A DNA stretch of 63,705 bases, filler included, from Collodictyon triciliatum (GCA_043381765.1; 30 parts of 30 records of this genome joined end to end with filler, not necessarily neighbours in it), one strand, 5' to 3'; numbered from the whole stretch's first letter, positions 38,750 to 52,569 are shown. Program-made: numbers and translations. The notes: generated by a model from the sequence alone, not told the origin.

Positions 38750-40677
38750 NNNNNNNNNNNNNNNNNNNNNNNNNNNNNNNNNNNNNNNNNNNNTTAATTA
38801 ATTAANNNNNNNNNNNNNNNNNNNNNNNNNNNNNNNNNNNNNNNNNNNNGTTGTTTTTTTTAAAAATAAAAACTCCTTTCCTGTCATCCACCAGCAAACC
38901 ATCAGCTCCAAACCGAAATAAAAACAAAAAAAACAAAATTTAAAAAAAAACTAGTTTTTGATCGAGATCTGTATTATAACGATGAATACTCGAATGAATG
39001 CACTACCTGTTGATCTTTTATGTTTGTATATGAAGATATTTTCATACTTTGTTTACTTTGGCACATTTTGTACGCCTTTTAATCCAATGAAATCGAAATG
39101 TTTTCCTTCCATTGAGCTTGAATGATGAATACTCGCAGATCTTTAATAGAATAATTGGTCATTTTCCAGCTACTCTGTTCATACATTTTTTTCCTTTATT
39201 CGATTCAAAGACTTTATTCATACATAATAATGATGGAAACAAACGCTGCAACACATCGAAGTCTTCTAGATCTGTANNNNNNNNNNTTTAATAGAATAAT
39301 TGGTCATTTTTCAGCTACTTTGTTCATACATAATAATTATGGAAACATAAGCTTCAACATATCGAAGGCTTCTCGATCTGTATCCGATTGTTTTTATTAC
39401 AAGACTGATGAGGAGAAACCTGGTTTTTCGTGCAAGCTCAACATGACCAGTTCAAGAAATTGGCCTTGAAGTCTTTCTATCTGCCTCTGCACAAGATTGA
39501 GAGGAAGAATTAAAAAAAAATATTTGCACTCCGTGTTAAAAGCGAAAAGTAAATTTGTGGAGAGTCTAACCCATTTCACGTAGAAAATATCAATATATGC
39601 TTGATCATCTCATATATCGCATAGAAATGCCGAAAGCATCTGGATATGAAACAGGCTAGTTTGATGAGTATTTTTACAATCAGGCTCAATACTCTCTTGA
39701 ATAAACTTTGAGGGAGAATTACAACCAAGATGGTTTTCGAAGTTAGTTTTCATTATATCATTTTATCGAAATGTAATATATATGTATATACTCGCTGAAC
39801 ATAATCAAAAATGATCGGAATGCAAGAGGTTTCATAAACTTTACAAAAATGAATAAATGAAAAATCAAGCAAGGAGCATATACATAGTTAATAAAAATAA
39901 GGATCATAAATTGAACAGAGAATCGATATTCGATATGATAAAACAGGAATAGATATTATATTTAAAATAAATTATATGCTCGGAGCAGTACATTTGAAGT
40001 GTAATATTTCCATACCCTTCTGCTGCGTTTTCGCTCCTCTACACGAATCTGTGCTCATCTGCGCTTCAAAAATTCTTCTTTTTCTCTTGTTTTTCTCTCC
40101 GTTCCTTGGTCGATCCCTTATGCTTCATCTGCAACCCATTCTCTCATATATCCATTCCTTGGTCGGTGCCATCTCGGGTTTTGCTACTATCTCCTCTCTG
40201 TTCCTCATTCGCTAACCTCTTCATTCCTTGGTCGCTGCCATCTCGGGTTTCGCTATCATCTGCTGCTCGTTCCTTGGTTGCTGCCATCTCGGGTTTTGCT
40301 ATCATCTCCTTTGCGTTCCTTAGTCTCTACCATCTCAATTTCATTTGATTTATTCAATTTCCTTGCTAGCCAAATTATATCTCTTTATATTATGATCGTG
40401 ATATCCTTGGTTGATACCTTGCATCTACACTGAGATACGCTCTATATGTGCGATTGAATTGATCGAACCCCTTTGTAGTAGCTGATTATTACCTTTTTTC
40501 GGGTATTGCAATAGTCTCTCTGTATCACAAGAATAAAAAAACATAAATCATAGGATATAAAAAGCATTATATAAAATTATTTAAAACATACATCTTTATA
40601 CAATTATGTCCTTCGCATTCTATATAATAGAACATGATGGAGATAATCCTAAAGATATTTTTATCATACTATGACTG

Positions 40678-40795
40678 TGCCTGCGCTGCGCCTGCGACTG
40701 CGACCGCGCCCCCTGCGACTGCGACCGCGCCCCCTGCGACTGCGACCGCGCCCCCTGCGACTGCGACCGCGCCCCCTGCGACCGCGCCGCGCCGA
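40678..40795. repeat. GC-rich 21-bp tandem repeat (CCTGCGACTGCGACCGCGCCC)
   Basis: About 5 units read directly. Confidence 0.85.
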
Positions 40796-41149
40796 TGCGT
40801 TTTCCTCGGCTTCAATTGCAATACCGCTTCGCGGTAAGGAAGAGAGGGAGGGAAAGAGAGAGAGGGAAAAAGGGGTATTCTTTATATAAATTAGGCGTAT
40901 CGNNNNNNNNNNNNNNNNNNNNNNNNNNNNNNNNNNNNNNNNNNNNTTAATTAATTAANNNNNNNNNNNNNNNNNNNNNNNNNNNNNNNNNNNNNNNNNN
41001 NNATATGATATGATATGATATGATATGATATGATATGATATGATATGATATGATATGATATGATATGATATGATATGATATGATATGATATGATATGATA
41101 TGATATGATATGATTTGATATGATTTGATATGATTTGATATGATTGCTA

Positions 41150-41819
41150 CCTTCATCATAAATCGAATTCTGGAGGGAAGATGCTCGCGGGTGATAAGCT
41201 TGTGAATTCTGGCGTAATATGAGTTAACCAGTTCTGCCCGTTTCCTGCCTCGGTCGGGTTTATCGAGGTTTGGCCCAATGATAGTAAGAAGCTTGCAAAG
41301 GCCCTCAATGTCCATCTCATCTTCATCGCGTTCTACGTCATCCAGGTACACGGATATGATTTCGTGCATCACATATTCTTCAAACATCTCTTTCTTAAAC
41401 AGGTCTCCTATGAACACCATATCTAGGATGTAAAGTTTCAGTAAGGACTGCATGCTAAAATTAAAGAAAAATATTTTTGAATGCCATATATTCTTGCTGA
41501 TTATATGCGATTTGTACTCATGCTTCGAATATGTATTTAGAAAATATTCAATGTCAACAAAAAAATATATAATCAACCGAGACACAATTTGTGGTATCGT
41601 CTTACTTCCAAGTTTTCTTCTCTTTTTCAAAATTCGTTTGTATTCTTTGTCTTCCTCCGACATAACTGTAGTGGTGGACTCATCTTCATTTTCATCTTCA
41701 TTTTCATTTACAACTTCTTTGTAACAGTTTGTCAACAACAGGACTTTGAAAGAACAATCCTGTACCAGAATTATAATTAGGATAGATAGAAAGGTAGAAA
41801 AAGTAGATAAATCGGAAAC

Positions 41820-41896
<77 letters not shown>

Positions 41897-42472
41897 AAAA
41901 TTAGAAGCAGCAAAAATGGTTAGTAGAATAGAATTGGAAATAAATAATGAAATAAAAGATAAAGCAATATGAATATGTAGTATTTATTGTTCGATTTTAA
42001 ACTCTGTTAAAAATAATAGCAAAGGAAAACCAAATGCTACTTACTTCCCCAAACTTTGTGTCTATATTGTGAGAGATTACTCGACAAAGCTCAGAGTATA
42101 TTGTGCTAAATCCAGGCTCCATAATGGCCTTGTTAAATATGGTGGTTACAAACCCACTCATAATTTCAGGCGAAGATATGGATTGGAGCATCTTTGCGGT
42201 CAAGCGATCAAAGTTGGATTTGGAAAGCTTGTTCAACATTCTATTAAAGCAGGCACAAATCAGTGAGAAAAGGATTGAGTTTACGTGAGAGACCCATATG
42301 TATATCAGTATTCGAATAGCTACAGAAAAACAGAAAAGAATATCATATCCATCATTACCCCATTAATTTACGAATCTCAGCTTCTGTATCGCTAACAGTT
42401 CCTCTCCTGACCCAGGCATTTTCACTCACGACCATCGTCATCTCCTTATATTGAGATCAGTCCATGTATTGA

Positions 42473-42558
<86 letters not shown>

Positions 42559-42839
42559 GAATAAAAAGAAAGGTAGCATAAATGGTAAAGGAAAAATAGG
42601 TGTGTGTGTGAAAAGCATGCGATTATAAAGAGAAATTGTAATAGAAACGATGAGGCGAGTATTCTCACAACATATGTGCATATACTTACTTCGTATGCAG
42701 GAGACCCCATATCTGCCTTTTGACCCATGGAACGTGAAGAACGGCTGCGGGGAAGATGTTTTGATGCATTGGCTGGGGACCGCGGAGAACCAATCGATTG
42801 CTTAAGAAAGTATGTTGTTGACTCAATTCTTTTGCTCAT
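41150..42839 (-). CDS. eIF4G-family protein, MIF4G domain exons
   Basis: ILNKLSKSNFDRL...IFNKAIMEPGFSTIYSELC; KRRKLG; FIGDLFK; IEGLCKLLTIIGPNLD; RIRFMM. Confidence 0.9.
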
Positions 42840-42960
42840 ACATCATGAAGCACTTGATAAAATAAATTATTTTAAATACATATACATATGAATATGCTAT
42901 AAAATTCGTCAATAAGATGCGCAAGTGTAAGTATGAGTAAAGAGCACTGTATATTAAGAT

Positions 42961-43055
<95 letters not shown>

Positions 43056-43509
43056 NNNNNNNNNNNNNNNNNNNNNNNNNNNNNNNNNNNNNNNNNNNNT
43101 TAATTAATTAANNNNNNNNNNNNNNNNNNNNNNNNNNNNNNNNNNNNNNNNNNNNAGAAAGAGAAAGAGAAAGAGAAAGAGAAAGAGAAAGAGAAAGAGA
43201 AAGAAAAAGAAAAAGAAAAAGAAAAAGAAAAAGAAAAAGAAAAAGAAAAAGAAAAAGAAAAAGAGAAAGAGAAAGAAAAAAAGGAAAGAGAAAAAGAGAG
43301 AAGAGAAAAGAGAGAGAAAAGAGAGAGAATAGAGAGAGAGAGAAAAGAGAGAGAATAGAGAGAGAGAGAAAAGAGAGAGAATAGAGAGAGAGAGAAAAGA
43401 GAGAGAAAAGAGATAGAAAAGAGAGAGAAAAGAGAGAGAAAAGAGAGAGAAAAAAGAGGGAGAAAAGAGGGAGAAAAAAAAGAGAAAAAAGAGAAAAAGA
43501 AAAAAAAAG

Positions 43510-43980
43510 AGGGGCACCTCAGGAGACTGCGCTTGGGCGAGAGGCTGCAGCTGTGGATCGGAGGCGCCAGCAGGCGCGCTTTTCGCGGGCGGTGTCTGCA
43601 GGGCCTTCGAGGACAGCGCATCGGACGGGGACACCGCCTCAACAGCCGTGGTGCCGGAGTCGCCCTGCGTGACTGCCGCTGTCCCTGTTGGTGTTCCTCC
43701 TGCTGTTGCTGTTCCTCCTGCTGTTCCGTTGCCATCCTTCTTGCCCGACGCTCCTTTGCTGGCCGATCCGCCCATTCTCGCCCTACAAACTGCGTCTCGT
43801 TCTTCAGTCTGCTGTCTCTCGCGCCCGTCTCCGTCTGCCCTGCGTCTCTGCCCCAAACCTCTGCGTTCGCTTGCTGCCTTTCCCCACCAACCACCGCTCC
43901 CAAGCAGGCAAAGGGCGGGGCAGACCGGGTTGCTCATCCCTTTCGTGGTGACTTTGTAACCGCTCCTATTTCTGGACACA
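43510..43980 (-). CDS. GC-rich low-complexity coding-like segment, unidentified
   Basis: Open Gly/Ala/Thr-rich frame ending at a GT donor before a pyrimidine tract. Confidence 0.35.
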
Positions 43981-44069
43981 CATGTTTTCTGCTACGTCTG
44001 CAAATGTGGAAACCCTCGAGGGCGGAGCTGGCGCGCTGCTGAGGCAACACCAGATTCTTTTTTATTCTT

Positions 44070-44310
44070 CCTTTCAATTTTGTGCAGGATGGTGGAAGGC
44101 AACACCAGATTCTTTTTTTCTTATCGAATTTTTTATGATTCCTGGTGGCTGCCCCTTCGTCCGCACCGGTGGGTGGGCTACTCAAGGTAGTTTGCAATCC
44201 CGTAGCCAATCGCTGCCTTGGCAAACTGGATGCGGTAGGAAGGGTCTTGAATCGGGAGCTTGGAGACGCTGATGTACTCGGGATACACCCTAACATGGGC
44301 CACGCTTCTG
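44070..44310 (-). mobile_element. Diverged LINE 3'-end remnant
   Basis: TTCAATTTTGTGCAGGATGGTGGA matches 3854-3877; peptide QDPSYRIQF resembles QDPGYR...MQF of the 3895-4221 ORF. Confidence 0.45.
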
Positions 44311-45489
44311 TTAGCTTTTCGTTTCTTTGGTTTTGGTTTTGGTTTTGGTTTTGGTTTTGGTTTTGGTTTTGGTTTTGGTTTTGGTTTTGGTTTTGGTTTT
44401 GGTTTTGGTTTTGGTTTTGGTTTTGGTTTCATTTAAAAAAAAATCATCCGAGATTTCCTTGCTATGGTATTAGGAGGAATAGAATGTTCTAATATCCTTT
44501 ATCTACGTGGTTATAATTAGAGCTCGTTATGTCTCATCATACTTAATCAGCGTTGCGAGCGCTGGGCCAAAATCTAAGGGGAACTCCAATATCCCTTCAT
44601 CAGTCTCTTTCTCCTTGGGTGCTCCCTAAGTAAATAAAAAGTAAATATATATAAAAAATCGGCACATAGATTTCCGTTCGGCTTATCCCATGAACAAAAA
44701 AAGAGGTAGCATAGGGAAGCGGAAATATTAGACGGGGCCAGTATCTTCACATATATTTCTGTACTGTGATGTTCTTTGAAAATAGACGGTGGTGGCAATA
44801 AACGACTCTATTATCTCACCTGCTTGAATTTATTGTTTGCAAAAATATCATTATGTCGGCTGTGAATTATTGTTGCGCTCTCCTTTTCAATCAGTAGCCT
44901 CACAGAAGAAGGGTTGATAATCCTAGTGGATGGAAGGATGTTGGCCCGTGAGATGAGCTGTTATTAAAAGCTATTCCAAGGACGGAACCTGATTTGTAGA
45001 CCGTCATGGACTTTCCTCTTGGGTTCTGAGTCTTTTCCAACACTCTGGTGTTGGTCTCGCTAGGAAAAAAATTAATCAGGGGATACAGTATATAATAAAT
45101 ATATGTTATTTGTTTTTATGGATTTGTTTTTATGGATTTGTTTTTATGGATTTGTTTTTATGGATTTGTTTTTATGGATTTGTTTTTATGGATTTGTTTT
45201 TATGGATNNNNNNNNNNNNNNNNNNNNNNNNNNNNNNNNNNNNNNNNNNNNTTAATTAATTAANNNNNNNNNNNNNNNNNNNNNNNNNNNNNNNNNNNNN
45301 NNNNNNNAACAAAAAACAAAAAACAAAAAACAAAAAACAAAAAACAAAAAACAAAAAACAAAAAACAAAAAACAAAAAACAAAAAACAAAAAACAAAAAA
45401 CAAAACGCAATATAAATTAAGGAGAGAGAGAGCAGACCAAGTAATTTTCCATGCACCCCTTGGTCATAGGTCTGCAGTTAGCGTCCAGA

Positions 45490-47150
45490 ATGAGCTTCTC
45501 AAAGAGACGGAGCACCACACCCAGGAGCACAAAGCCCTCACGCATAGCAAATCTTCACGAGGAGGCTTGCAAATCGCGTACTGTTCGCATTTACATTTCC
45601 ACAAATCAGTCACGGATGGCCAAAGTCCAGGCGCATTTGCATTCCTCTTTGAAACCCAGGTTGATTTACACTAAATAATATCTGTCTATACATTTCTTTC
45701 ACGGGTATGGTGACGAGTCGAAGTACGCCCCGATAAACTGATTTCACTCACTGGCAAGCTGTGATGTCTTCATTTTCACCTTCTCATACCGCTTCACAGA
45801 CTTCATAACATCGCACGTCGATGCGATTGGAACATCGAGTTCGTCGACCTGGCTTGGCTTGTGACCCCAGAGCAGTTTAGAGCATCGAGTGTATGAGGCT
45901 CTCATCTTTCCTACAATTTTTCTTGATATTTTGTACTTTTTTCTTCTTTTTTGGACAACTGCGCCTTACTCGAATGATATTCATATTTTTCTGTGTTAGC
46001 TTCGCATCTGTTTCTCGAAAGTCTTCAAAAGAAAATCATACCAAACGGCCTTGTTTCATGACACTAAAATGCGCTCTTTGTTGGAAAAAGATGATTACTG
46101 CAGCACTTGACGAGGCATCCACATGTGACTACTTTATTGGCTTACTATCTGACAGGTTATTTGTGAATTCTATTTCATAAATCGCAAACATATTTTGGTA
46201 ATTCTGTAGTAATTTTGGGAACATATCAGAATCAAGTGTTTTTTATTGTAAAAAAGATAGTCTTAGACAGTAGTTGCCTTTCTTTCCTACCATAATCCAT
46301 CACAGTTTTGATTGGATTCCTGATCGAAGTGATGAAAGCCAATGGGATTCGCAGGTGGAAGAAATGCACCCGTGGACACTGCAATATGCAAATAGCAGTT
46401 TTCAAGAATTGGAGGTATTTCTCCTCCAAACACATATTCTCACTTTGGATGAGGCACATTCGTGCTCAGATGGCCTCTTAACGAGGGGCTACAAGATACA
46501 GTTAAATTGAGTGGGCGATAAAAACATCAGTTGGTTTATAAGCATATAAATAGAATCCACACGCATTTTTTTAATTCTTTACGGTACTCTTAATACTCGT
46601 CCATCTAGATTCGCGCCGGCTCGGCCATTCAAAACATGAGAATTAGCAGAGCCTTCTTTGCCACAATATCAGACTCAGTCGTAACCCCAACAATCCCGTC
46701 GACGCGTTCTTTGCCCGCATTTCCGACCACTCGCTCTTTGCCGTTCTTTCCTTCAACTCGTTCTATGTTTGGTTTACCCACAACACGGTCTGCCCCCACG
46801 TTTGATGCTTCGCCCTCATTGCCTGTCATCAATACCACATCTGTAACACCTTCAGCACCCACAACGCCGACAATACCCAGTGTTGAAATGCACCTTGATG
46901 ACTCTGCGCTCAATACTAGCGTATATTTTACTTTCACACATTTTTTTTCAAATGCAAAGAAAATTGCAATTGCTCCTCCGATTGTCTATTTCATTTCGAT
47001 ATTTCATAGGTGAACGCAGCAAATCTACTTGCAGAGTTAAAAGAAAGTTACTATCAGACTGAGTTTACCTCCTGGGAAAGTGATGATGACCCATTCTATG
47101 AAGAAATACTGAGCTCACTGCAAACTGATCTTCTAGAGGCAAACGTCTGC
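45490..47150 (+). CDS. DUF4062-like N-terminal domain protein (TEP1/NWD/NPHP3-type), spliced, 3' truncated
   Basis: RTVRIYIST...LKPR / LHNIARRCDWNIEFVDLAW / ALDEASTCDYFIGLLSDR / FDWIPD...HPW...SFQELE. Confidence 0.7.
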
Positions 47151-47459
47151 GATAACTCTATGACAAATTTGCAATACATATTCCATCCGCAATAGGGTCG
47201 CCCACAATATAGCATACATCTATTATATGTTATCATTACTTGATGTTCTATTATTCATTCAGCCATATGTTTTCTGAGCAAGTCAAATCGAATAGAAAAA
47301 GAAAAAAGAAAAAAGAAAAAAGAAAAAAGAAAAAAGAAAAAAGAAAAAAAGAAAAAAGANNNNNNNNNNNNNNNNNNNNNNNNNNNNNNNNNNNNNNNNN
47401 NNNTTAATTAATTAANNNNNNNNNNNNNNNNNNNNNNNNNNNNNNNNNNNNNNNNNNNN

Positions 47460-49510
47460 CGTTGGAGACAGATATCACTCTTGGAGGCGAGCTCATGACC
47501 GAAATGGAAGGGTTGGTTGATGTAATGGCGAGTCCGTCTGACTCCTGTACCTCCATTCGTGTGTCATCAGAAAAGTAGGCATACACCACAACATATCCTA
47601 CCTTGCCTTCAAAGTCTAGATTTTGAGACACAGATGCTTTCACGCTGCTGATGGATGTGGGTGTCAATGCACTGTTTGGCGTCACTGAAATTATCGATAC
47701 ATCGGTGAACACGATTGCCATCAGCTTCGTCACGGAGACTTCGATGTCGGTCACGCTAAATGATATTGTATTTGATAGGAATCCAGCGACGTTGACATTG
47801 ACGGCTCCTGCTGCAATACCGGTAATAACTGTGTTTTCTTCCACGCTCACGATGCTGCTGTCAGATACCTCTAGCGTAATCAAGTCGGATACATCGGCGA
47901 AGAAGCTCTCGCTTCCGCTCACAAATGATGCAGTCGCAGTGATTTTGCAGCTTTGGTATCTGTAACCAGAGCAATCAGTGGTCTTGAAGTTGGAGATTCG
48001 GTTGATTATCGTGTCCTGGGCGATTATACTGACAGGAGCTGCTGGATACCACACACGGACACTGGTGGTTGCAGCATTGAATGAGAGCGACACAAAGCTT
48101 GAGCCGGATGTCTCAGTCCCTGTCATGACAATATTACAACCTTGTACGGGTGCGACTTGTGGGTCAGAGCTGGTGCAGGTTGCTTGTAAGGTAATATCTT
48201 TTGGTGTTTGAAACTCATAAAACTCTAATACTTTCAGTGGGACAGTCACACTGCGTTTGTTGATTACGGCTGTGTTGACAATTTGCTGCTGAAGAGAAGT
48301 GATGAAGTGTCCTCTTATGGAGTCTTGAGAAACAACAATAAACCCTTTCTCGCTTGACTGTGTTATATCAAACACAACACCATTTGTTGACTCGCTGACT
48401 ATCGGTATGTTCTGGACGTCTGTCATTTGTTTGATTACGAAGCTGACTTCGCCACTACTCTGTGCGGGTGAATCGTTCATCTTCCATGTGATTGTTGCGA
48501 CGTTGAGCGCTCCTGTGGCAGATGAGTCGCTGACGCCACTTTGGCGTGTCCACACAATCGATGCACTATTTTGTTGGATGTTTGTTGCACCCGAGAACTT
48601 GCCATCTCCGCTTATGCTCACAATGGACGCCACAGATGATGGTATATTGATGACAACGTTGAAGCCTTCGAGCACTCTTCCGTTTGTGTATGCTGTCAAT
48701 GTTGATGTGAATGTGGACGAAGGCAGGTTGGGTTTCTGTGGTAGCTGCAATTTCATTCCTGCAGATGGATTGGAGCCATAGCTGGGTGAAGCGACGAGCG
48801 TAGCTGGTGTCAATGTGACAATCTTTGTGGCAAATGATGCTACAGGGGTGATAGTGGCATCTGTAGATGTGAAGGCCGACACTGGAACTGTCAGAGAAGC
48901 CAGACATGGGTTCAACCCATCGTATATGCATGAAGACATCAAGGACGGTATCTCGACTGTTCCGATGGTAATGGTTCCGCCTTTGTTGTTTGTCTCACTG
49001 TTTTGTCCAGTGAGCCAGACACGAAGGGTCAGTGTCGGTGAAGAGCTAAATATTTTTGTAGTTAATGTAATCCCAGTCGGAGCGACGGGTGCAGCTTTAG
49101 AAGGTGTCAGTTGGGTTGCTTCAGAAGAAATACCAGAGATTGAAGCCTGAAGGTCTATAGATGGGACTGCATCTATGATGCCTGTCACATTTTGCATATA
49201 TGTCCATTTTGCAAACTTTCGGGTGTGCGGCTGAGTGTATCCGGTAGCGAATGGAGTGAATTCAAGGGCGATGTCAACTTCTGGCTCACTTGGGCCGCAA
49301 TCACCGCATTGATTATTTTCCTGACCGGATGGACATTGCAGTGGAGACTGGGACTGGGATTGGGATTGGGATTGGGATTGGGATTGGGATTGGGATTGGG
49401 ACTGAGATTGGGATTGGGATTGGGATTGAGATTGGGATTGGGATTGGGATTGGGATTGGGATTGGGATTGGGATTGGGATTGGGATTGGGATTGGGATTG
49501 GGATTGGGAT
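47460..49510 (-). CDS. TMEM132-like extracellular protein (cohesin-like plus Ig-like domains), internal fragment
   Basis: Frame open across the whole contig, including an in-frame (SQ)n repeat; ATCTSSDPQV, VRVWYP..PVSI...D..INRI, YQ, DVSDLI...VSDSSIVSV motifs. Confidence 0.7.
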
Positions 49511-49610
49511 NNNNNNNNNNNNNNNNNNNNNNNNNNNNNNNNNNNNNNNNNNNNTTAATTAATTAANNNNNNNNNNNNNNNNNNNNNNNNNNNNNNNNNN
49601 NNNNNNNNNN

Positions 49611-49662
<52 letters not shown>

Positions 49663-49775
49663 CTTTTTTTCTTTTTTTCTTTTTTTCTTTTTTTCTTTTT
49701 TTCTTTTTTTTTTTTTCTTTTTTCTTTTTTCTTTTTTTCTTTTTCATATATATACATTTTCGTATTGTTGTTCAG

Positions 49776-50450
49776 GTTTTGTTCATGTTTCGGGATGCAA
49801 TCATGGCATCCGATGACCCTGGGGACAGCCTGCGACATCCAGTGGTTGAAGAAATACTCCGAAGGAATGGATTACTGAAGGACCGGAGTGTAGGACACAT
49901 CCACGAAATGATCAAAGACCGAAGCAAAACGGTTTGTCGTGAATAAATTTGCAAATGCACGCGTTATTTTTTTTTCTCGATCAGTATTTATAATGCAGAG
50001 CTCTCTTTTAAATTTAGTCCGACGCCTGACCATTAATACACACGCAGATTTTAAAATCAATGGAGTTTAACTTTTTAGTGGAGAACTGGAATGCGTATTT
50101 TGCCTTAGTTGAAGATACTACAGATGACTTATTACAAAGGTTTAAATTTTCTTTTTAGTACAAAAGAACTTTTTCATATAAAAATTAAGAATAAATACTA
50201 TTAGAAAAATAATATCGAACCAAGTTCATTCAGAGCTCCAAGACCAAATGAAGTTTATGTCCAAGGTAAAAAAAAAAACCTTTATTTTTGAAAGAAATTC
50301 ATACATTTTTTTAATAGCTCCTATTATCATAGCAGTATTTTTAAAAAAAAATATGTATTGGATGTTTATATCTCTTTCAGCTGATATCCAGTGAAGCAGA
50401 CCCCGCCCTCGTGTTGAGCTCATTTAGACTTCTTCTTGTCCGACTATTCC
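49776..50450 (+). CDS. 3' exons of an unidentified gene
   Basis: AG/GT-bounded exon VLFMFRDAIMASDDPGDSLRHPVVEEILRRNGLL... and downstream small exons. Confidence 0.35.
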
Positions 50451-50933
50451 AATTTGTTTACTAGAAAATGACTCAGTGTATTTTGGGTGTTGAATGCCAC
50501 TGGCGCTATGCAAAATTTATCAACCTTCCTGATCTACAGTAGTCAAATTATTGTGAGATGTTGCTACATAGTGCGCACATTTGTTTTTTCTTTATGTCTT
50601 TTAACCATGTTAACTTTTCATCTATCCTTGCTAGTCACTTTCATCTGGTCCCCAGAGCAAGCATGACTATTTATTTCCTTTCATAAAGGGGTGTTTTTTT
50701 TACATCTCCTACTCAAATAACCCCAAATATTGATTGGCCCACCAATCTTATTTCATGTTATCATAAAAAAATGTACAACCAATCCCATATGCTTCGCCTT
50801 TTCTTTATTTGAAACCATCATACTTGACTTGTTTATCTATATTTGGTGTAGAAATATTAATAAAATAAAATCGTATGCCTGTCGTGTATCGCATTTTTTT
50901 GGTCTGTGTGGTTAAATTCTCCAGGGTTATATT

Positions 50934-51441
50934 CTATTGGAACATGGTCTCTGGGATGAACACGTCCAAAGTAAGCCCGCCCTGCCACAAGGTTTGGTCT
51001 CTGAGAAATTCAGTCGGAAATGTAACCAGATGTCCTTTAACAGCACCCAAAAGATTTTCCCTGTCTCTCATTTCTCTGGTGTGTTTGTCCTTCACAAGAT
51101 AAGAAGGTTTTTAGTGGTGCATTATTGTTGCCTTGCTGCGTTCACATATCAGTGTCACAAGGCACTTAAGATTGATTGTCATAAATACTGTAGATAGGTT
51201 TTCATTTTTCACGTCTAAATTTCTCTTCCAGATTGAATCAGTTAATTATTTTTACTATCAGTATTGCAAGTGAAGTTTTTCATACCCACCTGAAAAACAT
51301 AAAGTTCGGTGTTTAGAAATGGCCCCCTTGACTTTGTCGCGGCTGAAAATACACCTTCATCCATTAATCTTTGACACATTCTTCTTGCCGTGGTATCCGA
51401 TAATTTGATGTTATCTTTGACCCAGTTTACCGCGTCCGAAC
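50934..51441 (-). CDS. Phospholipase D-like C-terminus preceded by a DEP domain
   Basis: Exon 51441-51290 (GSDAVNWVKDN...ARRMCQRLMDEGVF...FLNTELYVF) splices in frame to 51089-50934 (VKGHLVTFPTEFLRDQTL...FIPETMFQ*). Confidence 0.7.
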
Positions 51442-51761
51442 CTGATTGGTTAGGTCTGTCAGAGGTAGAATGACACATTTCGGATAATCACTTTTTGTTA
51501 CCTTGGCCGGGAGAAATATTATTTTTAATCATAATTATGAATCTATTTATTTTGTGCTTTATTTGTTTGTTTTTTATTTGTTTGTTTTTTATTTGTTTGT
51601 TTTTTATTTGTTTGTTTTTTATTTGTTTGTTTTTTATTTGTTTGTTTTTTATTTGTTTTTTNNNNNNNNNNNNNNNNNNNNNNNNNNNNNNNNNNNNNNN
51701 NNNNNTTAATTAATTAANNNNNNNNNNNNNNNNNNNNNNNNNNNNNNNNNNNNNNNNNNNN

Positions 51762-52210
51762 TGATAAGCACGTTCTTTCCTGCTTTGCTGCAAATATACT
51801 TTGGTTTGTGGCTGCTGTTTCTGATGATTGCTTCGACCATTTATTTCAGGCCATTCATATCCAATGTGCTGAAAAAGTCACAACTGCAATCCCTCATGAT
51901 TCTCTATTTCACCTTGATGCTGAGTCTGCTTTTCAAATACAGCAGTATTAACCAAAAAACCGAAGTTGCGTTGGTTCTTTTGGTTGTTATTCTGAATGGA
52001 GGAATATGTCTCGTTTTCCTTTCAAAGGCCGGCCCTGTTGTTTTGAGACTGTTACTCACACAATTTCTGTCCATGCTCAACTCTATTTGGAACTTTATTG
52101 TTTATAATTGGGTTTCAAATTTTATTGTCAGAAAGATAATGGGCATGAGACTCCGCAAAGATGTGGAAATGCATGATATTACTCATCCAAAAGCAGTCGA
52201 AGAGTTTTGA
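51762..52210 (+). CDS. C-terminus of a multi-pass membrane protein
   Basis: Three hydrophobic helices around an RPF motif; stop at 52210. Confidence 0.6.
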
Positions 52211-52569
52211 ATATTTTTTTCTTTTCATGCAATCTCATTTGCTCGCCGGTTCTCTCATTTTCAACCATTTTTTAACACTCATTTACTCCTGAAATAAAAA
52301 CATCATTAAGACTCTTTCATGGCCACTTTTGAAAGAATATGTAAAGTCTATGCAAATACAATTGAATTATTTAACAATAACCATGAAAACGTTGAAGTGA
52401 TAGTTAGACATGTATTTAATCATTTTAAGAAATTGCGCTAATTAAGCTATCCTGTGAAGTATAAATTACATTATCAATATTTTCATTTTTGAATGACTGC
52501 ATTTATTGACAGCAAAAAACCCCTATGTTACGTCAAAAAGTGCAAAATAAATACGAGACCGTAATTTTG

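Noticed and set aside
39140-39390. Tandem duplication around a 10-N gap
   Set aside because: Likely a scaffolding or haplotype overlap artefact
39404-39435. Hammerhead ribozyme (CTGATGA plus stem)
   Set aside because: No GAAA core after the stem
45598-45690. Non-canonical (AT-AC-like) intron
   Set aside because: A canonical GT-AG intron at 45660-45799 restores the frame
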